From: Eledone cirrhosa
Lineage: Eukaryota
DNA length: 64,000 nucleotides
Direction: 5' to 3'
NCBI GenBank assembly: GCA_964016885.1
Contig: OZ024742.1
Coordinates: 353,214,001-353,278,000 of the forward strand
This document shows, in pieces, positions 52,601-64,000 of this stretch. Position 1 is the first letter of the stretch. Every line of letters begins with the position of its first letter. Made by a program: the position numbers and the translations under genes. The notes under the pieces were generated by a model. It had not been told where the DNA came from and did no database searches. It saw only the letters and a program-made list of their open reading frames with translations.

Positions 52601-53320
52601 TGTTTGTGATGATAATGTTTTTGAGAATTATGTTAGTCTTGTGTATTATCTTTTGGTTCTGTTTGGAGTTCTGGATCTTAGGGAGGGTGTCTCGTTCCTC
52701 CATGTCAGATTCTTTCATGTTCATCCATTCGATCATAATTTCATCCCTCAAGATGGCAAGTTCATTCTCATTCATTTCTTTATCATTTACGATCTCATAG
52801 TTTACATTTTGAGTTTCATCTTGAGCATCCACTCCCTCCACTTTTTCGGTCCTTTCTTTAATTTGTTCTGTTGCCAGTGATTTCGCCCCAACCCTGGGAT
52901 TCGAAGTGTTACAGTTTACCTCGTTTTCACTGACACATGCTTCATTTTCCCTTCGCTGACTTTGTGCTACTAGCTTGATCTGATCAATTTCTATATCAGT
53001 TAGTAACCTTTTTTTTACAATATTTCTTCGTAAATTGGCTAGTTTGTTACTGTCAATATAGCCTCTGTTTTCGTGATGTTTCTTTTTCCAGTTGATATAT
53101 GTCTGTTCTGTATTCAATGTATTTGATGGATAGTACATGGCAGTGTAGAAAGCCTCAAGGACTTCTTTATTATCTTCCCTTGAGCATTTTTATCTCTTTT
53201 CTTTTGGATTTCTTGGTGGTGAGCATGGAGGACCAACAGTAGAACTATTCCGGTTATGGGAAGTCTCCAGCTCCGAAGTGATGGGAAGGTTTGAACCATT
53301 AGCTGATTTTTTTATCCCAG
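49625..53320 (-). mobile_element. R4/Dong-like non-LTR retrotransposon (RT plus RLE), family A, near full length, decayed
   Basis: Motifs WIDYKKAFDS, HLFYMDDLKL, CRVC..ETIDHI..C, RH, RPDIIL, IDMSVP and KLSKYKDL. (TAA)n at both ends. Confidence 0.9.
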
Positions 53321-53346
53321 TCTTTATTATTATTATTATTATTACA

Positions 53347-55710
53347 GTTGCATTTATCTTGCTTTATGTTCATACGAGTTATCACCAAGTCACAACCAGT
53401 GACCTCAAGAGACAACAAGGTCCGCCATGTTCAAGAAAGAACATACATATTCACAAATGCATATTTAGTGTTTAGACTTGTGATGTACTTATATTGACAG
53501 AATCTTCCTTAGTATATGGGCAGTTCCCATTAGTACTATCTTTTGTATTTCTCCTATACTCGGGTTTCCTGGGATTTGCGATAAGTAGTCATTAGACCCC
53601 TTAGGTATCATTCCCAGAGCGCCTACAACCACTGTTATTGTTTTAGTTCTCAATTTCCGCATTTTTCCAATTTCTATCTCCAGGTCCTTATACTTGCTCA
53701 ATTTTTCAAATGGTTTTATAGATACATTCTTGTCTAGTGGAACATACATATCAATTAGCAGGCATACACACTTTTGAAAGTCCTTCAATATTATATCAGG
53801 TCTATTTGCATCTATTTTTCGGTCTGTTTGGATGCTAAAGTTCCACAAGATTGAGATGTGATCTTTTTCAAGTATGGGTGGTGGTTGATTCTCCCACCAA
53901 TTCTTTTGATGGGGCAGGTCAAAATGCTTACACATTATCCAATGTATGTATTGTGCAGCTCTGTCATGCCTGTTTAGGTATTCGGTTGGAGCTATAGGAC
54001 TGCACATTGAAATTATATGGTCAATGGTCTTGATTGTTTTTTGCATACACGGCATAATGGGCTGCATCCATTTTTTATTATGTTGGCTTGGTAATTTTTT
54101 GTTGGCAGACACTGATCTTGTGCTGATATAATCAGTCCTTCAGTCTCCGATTTCAGTCCAGAGGATGCCAACCACTTATGGGTTAAAGTTTTGTCAACAT
54201 CGGGGTTGTTATCTCGCTCTGGGTATTTTCCATACAGAGGCTTTTCTTGCCATTTCTTAGCCAGTTTCTGTAGCAGTTCTTTCTTTGCAGTTACTTTTAC
54301 CTGCTTTGCTTTTTCTGTGTTTTCCATTTCAGCAGTAAATGGGACTTCTGAAATGTGTAGTCCATTATTGTATCTTTGTGCATCTTTTGTAATGGAATAT
54401 GATCTTTTTGTGCTTTCGTGTTTCAAAACGAGTTTGATCATCCAATCATGTGATTCCCTTTGATATGTAGATAATCCAATTGTTGCAGTTTTCAACGTAA
54501 TGTCTAACTGGATTAACCCACGTCCTCCTTCTTTCCTAGGGAGATATATTCTATCTATATCTGCCTTTGAGTGATGCATTCTGTGCCTGGTTAAGAATTT
54601 TCGAATTTTTGTATCGAGCCTACGGATCTCTGTGCTTAACCAGTTGATGACATTGTAACTGTAGGTTACTACTGGTATGGCCAGCGTGTTTATGGCATCG
54701 ATCCTATTCCTTGCATTCAATTCCGTTCTTAAGAGTAGTCCTACTCTGCGGTAACATTCCTTCCTTATCCTTTCCCTCATTGTCGAGTGCTTGATTCCGT
54801 CTCCTTCACAAACACCTAGATATTTGTAAGTTTTTTCTTGATCAAGTTCTCTTATCACGTTCCCCCGATCAAGATTAATGTCTGAACTCTTCAGCAGCTT
54901 ACCTCTGGTGAACGTTGCTTTGGCGCATTTATCTAGTCCAAACTCCATTTTAATGTCATCACTGAACTGCTCCACAGTGGATAATAGCCCTTGCAATTGT
55001 TCATCATTTTTTGGAAATAGTTTCAGGTCATCCATGTAGAACAGGTGATTAATGGTTTTGTCATAGATTTTATATCCATGTTTTGTTTCATTGAGCATGT
55101 TACTTAATGGTATAAGTGTGATGCAGAATAAAAGCGGTGATAAAGAGTCACCCTGAAAAATGCCACAATTGATATTAACTTCTCCAGCTTCCAGTGATTT
55201 TGTTTCACTATTCAAACGGAGTGTCGTTTTCCATGTCTTTATACTGAATGACAAAAACCTCCTGACAACGGGGGATATTTTGAAAATCTCTAAACATTTT
55301 TCAATCCAACTGTGTGGCAAACTATCGAATGCTTTTTTTATAATCTATCCAAACAATCGATAGATTTTTGTGTCTATTATGACAATCTTCCAGTATCATT
55401 TTGTTAACCAGAAGCTGATCCTTACAACCATATGAGCCACGTTTACACCCTTTCTGCTCATTGGGAAATAGGTCATTTGTTATCAGGTGGTCATATGTGT
55501 ATTCAGTTAGGACTGATGTTAACATTTTATACATTGTGGTCTATCAAGATATCGGTCTGTAAAGTTTGTGATTGTTTGTCTCATCATTCTTCGGAAGCAG
55601 GAATGTAATGCCGTTAACTAGCAATGATGCTATCTTTTCTGGCTCCTTAAATATTTCATTGTAAAGTTGGGCTAACAGCTCATGAGACTCTGTGAAGTCA
55701 TTTATCCAAA
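53347..55710 (-). mobile_element. R4/Dong-like family A, second copy, 5' truncated
   Basis: Highly similar to 49625-51975. Motifs GIFQGDSLSP, YMDD and RLE motifs. Head-to-tail with the first copy across (TAA)n. Confidence 0.9.
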
Positions 55711-56471
55711 AGAGACACGGCTATTCCCCGCCGGCCGCCATCCCGGTATTTCTTGGTCAGGGGGTTTTGTTTTTGTTGTTTTTTTTTTTAAATTGTTATT
55801 ATCATGAGTGGTTCCTTAATGTGAGCATTGCGTGGCTTAGGAATGACATTATTAATAATTGTCTCCACTCCAGGCACAAGGCCAGCAATCACCCAGTGTA
55901 CCACAATAATATAATATACTTATGCTGAAGTTGCCTGTTATTGTTGTTGGCTATGTCGGTGGTGGTGCCGGGGCTTTTTATATTGTTGGTGAGGAAGGGG
56001 TGAGCCAGCAGACCCATAGTTGTTGATGTTGACGTTTGGCCGGTGGCCAGGTCACTAAGTCAATCTATTTATATCTTTTGCTAGCCTCTCCCTTGTCTAG
56101 CCTTCCCCTTTCTCTCTCAAGTTAACAGGGGAATAGTGGTGGTAGCAATGAAAGAGTGGTGGCGGCGGCGATGGGATAGTGGTAGCAATGATGGATGGAG
56201 TGGTGGCGGCGGTGGCGTTGTCGTTACTGAGTGTTGTGATATGTATATTTAATATATATTGTTCGTATGTTTAATATATATTGTGTTGACATATTCCCGT
56301 AAAATTGGAATTAAACATTTTGTTAAAACTTGAGACAATAATAATAGTAATTATTATGATGATGCTGGGATTGGTGGTGGCGAAATTGCCGTTATCTGGC
56401 TGTTATATTTAGTGTGATGGGGTAGGTGGTGTATCAAGTTTCTTCTTCTTCTTATTATTATTATTATTATT

Positions 56472-57455
56472 TCTTGAATCTCAGTCATTGATGTTGGTTA
56501 ACTGGTAAGTCCGTTGGAATGAATATCAAGCCACTACCTGCAGCCTCAGATATTCAGGACGTATCGGAGGGTTCTTGCTGTTCCCAGCAAGCATGCCTTT
56601 TGAAGCGTTCCAAAAAGCGTGAAGTGGCCGATTTTCTTTAACCATCCCTGGAAACTGTTGGAGATAGTCCCCAGTCCGCCTATGACAATCGGGATCACTT
56701 TGACTTCATGGCAGTTCCAAATCCTTTTTACCTCCCACTTTAAGCCCTGGTATCGGTTAATTTCCTCCCTCTCCTTCTCTTGCACTCTCGTGTCGAATGG
56801 GCAGGCCACATCCACAATCAGGCACGATCTTTTCTATTTGTCAACAACCACCAGGTCAGGTCTATTGTGTTCCAGTTTCTTGTCCGTCTGTATCCTAAAT
56901 TCCCACAGCCTCTTCACCTGATTGTTCTCCATCACCGCCTCTGGCCTATGCTCATACCATTTATCAGAATGTGGTAAATTGTTTACTTTGCACAGCTGCC
57001 AGTGGATCACTCTGCCCATCACATCATGTCTCCACCCATTATAGTGGGTCTGGGCTAGGTGTTTACACTCGGATACAATGTGACCACAGTCTCCTCTCTC
57101 GCTCCACAGATCCTGCACAGTGGGCTAGCCTCCTCCTTGTAAATATGGTGTTTCAACCACTTCGTTTTGAGGGCCTGCTCCTGCGGAGCCATTAACATTC
57201 CTTCTGTAGCCTTTTTGAGGTCTCCTCTTCTCAACCAGTTCCATGTCTGTGGATCTCTAAATTCAGTTTTCTCAAAGAAGGTACTATGAAGGGATTTTCC
57301 CTGAAGGCTTCTCTTTCTCCTTGATGTTAATTCCTCCTTGGGCATCCCCTGACTACTGTCCCCTCCTTCAGTACAGTTCTGAGCATTGGCTCCTTACTAT
57401 CAGTCACGTATTTGTATATGTTGTGTTTCTCCATCTGAACACAGTCCTCTATGCT
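56472..57455 (-). mobile_element. R4/Dong-like family B, 3' fragment
   Basis: Motifs CRIC..EETV, RHD, RPDLVVVDK and DVACP. (TAA)n flanks. Confidence 0.88.
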
Positions 57456-57484
57456 GATAATTATTATTATTATTATTGTTGTTA

Positions 57485-59565
57485 TTCCTTGAATCTCACT
57501 CATTGATGTTGGTTAACTGGAAAGTCCGTTGGAATGAATATCAAGCCACTACCTGCAGCCTCAGATATTCAGGACGTATCGGAGAGTTCTTGCTGTTCCC
57601 AGAAAGCATGCCTTTTGAAGCGTTCCAAAAAGCGTGAAGGGGCCGATTTTCTTTAACCATCCCTGGAAACTTTTGGAGAGAGTCCCCAGTGCGCCTATGA
57701 CAATCGGGATCACTTTGACTTCATGGCAGTTCCAAATACTTTTCACCTCCCACTTTAGGTCTTGGTATCGGTTAATTTTCTCCCTCTCCTTCTCTTGCAC
57801 TCTCGTGTCGAAAGGGCAGGCCACATCCACAATCAGACACGATCTTTTTTCTTTGTCCACAACCACCAGGTCAGGTCTATTGTGTTCCAGTTTTTTGTCC
57901 GTCTGTATCCTAAAATCCCACAGCACCTTCACCTGATTGTTCTCCATCACCGCCTCTGGCCTATGCTCATACCATTTCTCAGAATGTGGTAAATTGTTTA
58001 CTTTGCACAGGTGCCAGTGGATCACCCTGCCCATCACATCGTGTCTCCAGCTCTTATAGTGGGTCTGGGCTAGGTGTTTACACTCGGACACAATGTGAGC
58101 CACAGTCTCCTCTCTATCTCCACAGATCCTGCACAGTGGGCTAGCCTCTTTCTTGTAAATATGGTGCTTCAACCACTTCGTTTTGAGGGCGTGTTCCTGC
58201 GCAGCCATTAGCATTCCTTCTGTAGCCTTTTTGAGGTCTCCTCTTCTCAACCAGTTCCATGTCTGTGGATCTTTAAATTCAGTTTTCTCAAAGAAGGTAC
58301 TATGAAGGGATTTTCCCTTAAGGCTGCGCTTCATCCTTGATGTTATTTCCTCCTTGGACATCCTCTGGCCTACTGTCCCCTCCTTCAGTACAGTTCTGAG
58401 CATTGGCTCCTTACTATAGGTCACGTATTTGTATAGGTTGTTTTTCTCCATCTGAACTCTATGCTGATAAGACCTCTTCCACCCTCAGATCTCCTTAGGT
58501 AGAGACATCACTCCTCTCGTGGAACATGTTGTAGATAGTCAATAGCTTCCTAGTCTTCCTATCCATTTCTTTTTGTTCAGCAACGTTCCATTTCAGAATT
58601 CCCGCAGTGTACCTAATAATATACACAGCTCGGGAATTTACTGCGCTTATGGCATTTCTGCTGTTCAGATGTGACTTCAATACGCTCCTTACTCTCCGAA
58701 TGTATTCAGTTCTTAACAATTCCTTCATTTTTTTGTTCTGTATGCCATCAGCCTCCAGAACGCCCAAATACTTGTATCCTGCTCTCACTTTTCGCAGCAT
58801 AATGGTCAAGGGCATCAGGGCAAGGACAAACAACAGAGGGGACAGGCTATCTCCCTGGAAGATAACTCTCTTGATCTTCACGCTTCCCAAGGATACTCCA
58901 GTTGATGTCAACTCTGTCTCCCAGGACCCCATACTCCTGCCCAGCAACTGTCTGATGTTATCTGCCACCCTGAAGATCTCCAGGCTTTTGGTGATCCAAG
59001 AATGAGGCACCATGTCAAATGCCTTTCTGTAGTCTATCCATCCCATGGCAAGATCAGTGTGTCTCCTCCTGCAATTCCCCATTACCATCTTATCAATAAG
59101 TAACTGGTCCTTTGTACCACGTGACTTCTTTCGGCATCCTTTCTGTTCGTCCGGTAACAAGTTGTTTGTGTGGAGGTGATGGTAGATTTCCTCAGACACA
59201 ATACTCGTCAACAGTTTCCACATTACGGACAGACATGTGATAGGTCTATAGTTGGTAACATCATTACCCTTGATTTGGTCTTTCATTATCAGAACTGTGG
59301 TACCTTTTGTCAACCACTCTGGCACCTCACCCGACACCAAGCAGTCATTGAACATGGCCGTCAGCTTCGGGTGGAGGGATGTTAAATGTTTAATCCAATA
59401 CCCCTGCACACCATCTGGGCCTGGTGATTTCCAGTTGGTTAGTTTTTTGGCTTGCCCCTTAAGAGTTTCAACTGTGATACTCAAATCAGTTTGTTGTTGT
59501 GCCTGCTCACCGATCTCCCTCTGTACTGTCTCAATCCACCCTGCCTGGGCAGGGTGGATTGAGAC

Positions 59566-59569
<4 letters not shown>
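57485..59569 (-). mobile_element. R4/Dong-like family B, 5' truncated and internally deleted, with a 5' hairpin
   Basis: Motifs WKSPGPDG, YRPITCL, DYRKAFD, FQGDSLSP and an RLE domain. The YMDD region is missing. 22-bp hairpin at 59524-59569. Confidence 0.88.
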
Positions 59570-59619
<50 letters not shown>

Positions 59620-59838
59620 TATTATTATTGGCGACCTACGTAGGAAATCGTATTATCGTGAGCTCCGCAAAGGTTTGTTATTTCCGTTTGTTTAAAAATT
59701 GCCATTTATGGAAAATTTTATTGTTAACTGTTTATAAGCACACATACATTGTTTTCCGAAAAGGACACCCAAAAAGATTGGGGCCTTGTGCCCAAAATTT
59801 TAACTTTTATTATTATACAAAAATTTATTTGAAAAAAA

Positions 59839-61577
59839 ATGGCTAATTCCCCTCTGCACGAAGCAGCTGAAAGCCTTCCTCACAAAATAACACCTCACAC
59901 CGACACCACCATTGTAAATGTTACTACGTTTGCCAACACAAAAAAAAATATAAGCAGTAGCAATATTTTAAATTTGTCTCAGGCAGACATTCATTTCCCG
60001 CCATTACCAATGACTGCAGGTGTTAAACCCTCCACCACCACCACCACTGCGACAACCACCACCACCACCACCACCGCGACAACAGAAACAAAAGAAGAAA
60101 AAAATAAATTAACTCGTGACGTCGAAATGAAATCAAGCAAAATGGACTCTTCCCCACCAAAGACGACTGACGCCACCACCACCACAACTGAAAATAAAAT
60201 TAATATTAACGATAGCAACAACAACAACAATGACATTATAAAACCGACCCTCAGTTTCGCCATCGTAGCAAAACAATTCGAAGCGTTCACGGTAACTCAA
60301 GAAGATTTAGAAAATGCCAAACAAATGGTAAAGAAAGATGGGTACAGGGTCAGCCTCACCCCCCCACCTAATAAAATGGAGCATCGGCGCCTGTGCACCG
60401 TGTCGTATAGAACAATAAATATAGGTGACCCACGTTCCACCGGCCATCGAAATTCCCTGGCTAATAGCGGCTGTCATCACCGGCATCGAGGCCAACACGA
60501 AAATAATAACAATAGCAAAAGAAAAGCAGGAAAACTGGTCCGGATCTGGGATGGAGCTCCTGATCCAAGCGGACCAAAAAAGCATTGAGGAGATCCCAGA
60601 GGTAATAGACCTCACTGACGGCAGCCACCTCACGGTAATTGTCGAGGGCAGAAGACCTAGGTGTGTCGTTTGTGGTGAAGGAACCCACCTAAGGGCTTTC
60701 TGCCCTCAGGCTAAAAGGTTGAGGCCACCTCTCCTACCCACCCCAGTGACACAACCATCAACACCACCAGTACCAGAGATGCCAGCAACAACTGTAGCAG
60801 CAACAACAGGAGCAACTATAACAGCAACAACCCCAGCAACAGTAGCAAAACCAACACCACCACCACCCAACGCTTCAGAACTAGCACCAGCGCCTACACC
60901 ATCCATCACACCACAACCAAAACTAACGGCTGTGGAGGATTTTCCACTCCCCGGCCTATCACAACTGGAGACAGATTGTGACGACGAGGAGTGGGAAACG
61001 ATATCCGGAAAAAAAAAAAGAAACGAAAAAAGAAAAAAATTCTCTTCCTTCCCCCTCCAAAAACAAAATACAGAGGGAAACAAATAAACTAAGAAACAAA
61101 AAAGTTAGGACAGATATGCCACCATACACACCAGCATCACCAACCCCATCAACCCAAACACCAACACCATCACCATCATTAACTCCAACACCACCATCAC
61201 CTACACCACAAAAGTCACCAAAATGCGAAACAGAAACAAACCCACAACAAACGCAACCAAAACAAAACAACCAAAACGATACACACTACACAGCATTAAA
61301 TTTGAACAACAAGCAATTATTGCACTACATACAACACAACACCAGCATCACAGAAAAAGACTACACAACAACCCCAAAACTCACACCACCACCACACATA
61401 CAAATCACTCGCATCACACAGAAAACGTACATGACACTAAAACAAAAATTCCCCAAAGACATCGGAGACTTCCGACAAGCACTCTCCAGGAGGATTTATA
61501 AGGACATCCTTCATGAGGAGGCCACAAGCAGTGAAAAGGATGGAAAAACCGTCCTTCCCCTACGAGATGTAAGTTAA
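59839..61577 (+). pseudogene. Tx1 ORF1 (zinc knuckle), frameshifted
   Basis: Knuckle CVVCGEGTHLRAFC. Frames 59839-60588, 60425-61087 and 60978-61577. Confidence 0.8.
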
Positions 61578-61611
61578 GTGGTCTTTCCCATCTTTTCCAC
61601 TCCTTTTCAAC

Positions 61612-64000
61612 ATGACCTCACTCAGAATAGGCAGCATAAATGCGCGTGGCTTGGGGTCGTCATGGAAGCAGGGCCACCTGCTCAACGACCTCAGGTCACT
61701 AAACATAGATGTAGTGGCCATCAGCGAGACCAGAATCTCCGAAGCACAGGCTTTCGCACCGATCTTCGGCGGCTACGATGTGTACGCATCTCCCAGCCGT
61801 CCGGGATCGGTGGGAGGAGTTGCTGTGCTTTTTCGGAGAGGTTTGGATCTTGCCATACGGGCCATCTTCCTGGACCAAGAAGGTAAGTTGGTGGTGCTGG
61901 ACGTGACCAGCGGAGACGGGCAAGCTTTCAGGTTAGTGGCCGTCTATGCCCCGACAGGAGCAGGGCGGCCTGATTTCTTCCGGCGTCTGGAGACCTTTCT
62001 TGGAACGTCCCGCTCTTTAGTGTTAGTGGGCGACTGGAACGGGATCTTAGATGCACGCTGGGATTGTGTGGGATTAGTGGATAGGGAAGGAGGGTGCAAG
62101 AGTCTCACCAACCTGCTCAGACGTTTTGAACTGTCTGACAGGTACCGAATGGATTTCCCGAATGTACCAATGTGGACTTGGACAAATCGCATAGGGTCAT
62201 CCAGATCATATCTAGATAGAGTATTTTGTAGGGAAATAGATAGGTCTAGCATAGGCTGTCCACAATTCAAGATAGTCAGCTACACGGACCACAAATTCGT
62301 GATCTGTGTGCTTGACTTAGATAGGCTTCATAGACAAGGACCCGGCTACTGGAAGCTAAACGCGTCCTTACCAGCGCGCAAGGCCTACAGAGACCGGATT
62401 AGCGAACTAGTTAAGCGGGCGTTGACGGGGGCCATCGTCAACAACAAGTGGTGGTTTGCTCTGAAAAGAGCAATTAGAATAGAGTCCATTAGGTTTAGTA
62501 AGCCTTTAGCAATAGAGAAAAATGGAGCAGAGGGAGAATTAGTTAGAAAATTAGATGAGGCGCTTAGCAAAGGCATCGCGACCGACGTACTTGCGGCGAA
62601 ATTGGCCCTTGACCAATTCTTCAATGCAAAGCACGAAGGCTGCGTTGTCAGAGCTAGGGTGCGTGCTCTCAGACACGAGGGGACGAAAGCCGTTCAATGG
62701 GCCCGAGTGGCGGAGGCGCGTCGTGGCAACAAAGCCACGATCCGGTCTTTGGTGGACCACGACGGGCGCATGCTACTCGATCCCGGGCAAATGTGTGAAG
62801 CTTTTCAGCGACACTTCGCTCGACTGTTCGGGGGCAGTGGCGGGCCGGATTGAGGGATGGACTTTAGTATCTACCTCGACGGACTGCCGCGGCTTTCGGC
62901 CACTGAGGCGGAGTGTTGCGAAAAGCCGATAACAACCGCTGAAGTACGGGATGCAATGACTAATTGCACAAGGGGTAAATCGCCTGGTTTGGATGGTCTG
63001 CCCTATGAACTTTACGTACAAATGCCAAACTTGTTCGGAGGCCTTTTGGCGGACGTCTCCTGCAACTGGCAACAGAACGGGATAATTCCCAGCTCTGTGA
63101 GCCGAGGAGCGGTGGCGCTGCTGAGAAAGGATCCGAACAAGGGGGATAACATAGATAATTTTAGGCCCATAACTCTGCTAAACACAGAGTTCAAGATTTT
63201 GGCCAGGTGCTAGCAAAGAGGTTGGCGCTTGTCGTTGGTGGTCTGGTGGGAGAGGCACAGACATGCGTCATTCCCGACAGATCCATCCACGACAACCTCC
63301 ACCTCATGCGATACATCGTAGAGAGGGTAGCTAGGGAACCTGGCACGGGTGGGTCTTTGATCAATTTAGATCAGTCGAAAACCTTCGATAGGGTCGACCA
63401 TCGTTACCTAACGGCAGTCCTGAGGGCGGCTGGCTTTGGGCCCGTCTTCAGAGGCTGGATCGCTGCCATGCACAGCGACATCTGCTCTGTAGTGAGAGTG
63501 AACGGTCACCTTTCGGAACCGTTCAACATCATGCGCTCGGTCCGCCAAGGATGTCCCCTCTCGTCCCTATTCTACGTATTGACTCTCGAGCCATTAATGC
63601 ACAAACTGGAGACGTTGAGGGGGGTCCCGCGCGAACTAGGATGCGGAAGATCCGTGTCAGCATATGCCGACGATGTCACCGTAGTGGTGTCGAACGCCAA
63701 ACACATCGAGGCGATCGGCACTACACTAAGAGAATACGAAGCGGTGACAGGAGCAATGATCAACCAGGAAAAGTCAGTGGGCCTGCAGCTCGGCACCTGG
63801 AGAGGCAGGTCCATGCCGTCCAACAGCGTCGTCGGGCGCTGGACGGACGGACCGGTTAAATTGCTAGGGGTCTGGTTCGGTCCAGACCTCCAGACGGACA
63901 AAAACTGGGACGAGGTGACGAGCAGGGTGGCTTCTCTCACCCAGAAATGGGCCGAGAGGAAGCTATCTCTGAAAGGTCGAGCGGAGGTGGCGAATGCGTA
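61612..64000 (+). pseudogene. Tx1 ORF2 (APE plus RT), disrupted and partial
   Basis: Motifs SINARGL, VYAP, GDWN, SYLDRVF, TDHK, PGLDG, FRPITLLN and YADD. Stop at 62851 and a frameshift near 63205. Confidence 0.92.

Larger units (their letters stand above)
59630..64000 (+). mobile_element. Tx1/L1-clade element, copy 3 (different subfamily; runs off the window)
   Basis: Begins right after (TTA)n at 59568-59629. Carries ORF1 and ORF2. Confidence 0.92.

Noticed and set aside
53270-53320. HDV-like ribozyme at the 5' end of the Dong-like element
   Set aside because: I could not build a nested double-pseudoknot pattern from this sequence.

Overview
Eukaryotic, AT-rich, repeat-saturated DNA with no recognisable host gene. 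It is probably from an animal, and a cephalopod (Octopus-like) origin is inferred from the tRNA-derived SINE and the extreme (TA)n density. The window holds three Tx1/L1-clade LINEs and four R4/Dong-like RLE LINE copies, nearly all abutting (TTA/TAA)n tracts. It also holds three decayed Penelope-like elements (PLEs), a deleted mariner, a probable Chapaev3-type transposase relic, RTE fragments and SINEs. The main hidden signal is about 20 type I hammerhead ribozyme (HHR) motifs or relics, which I folded by eye, from at least 10 unrelated sequence families. They sit in PLE pseudo-LTRs and in short ORF-less elements bounded by (TA)n. These include near-identical tandem arrays with one HHR per full unit (591-bp units with a U3-A8 core variant, and 629-bp units), a diverged 486-bp array, and fold-back elements, two of which are centred on HHR hairpins. 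Together they look like a diverse family of non-coding, TA-microsatellite-targeting retrozyme/mini-PLE elements. All folds and family assignments are manual, and no searches were run.
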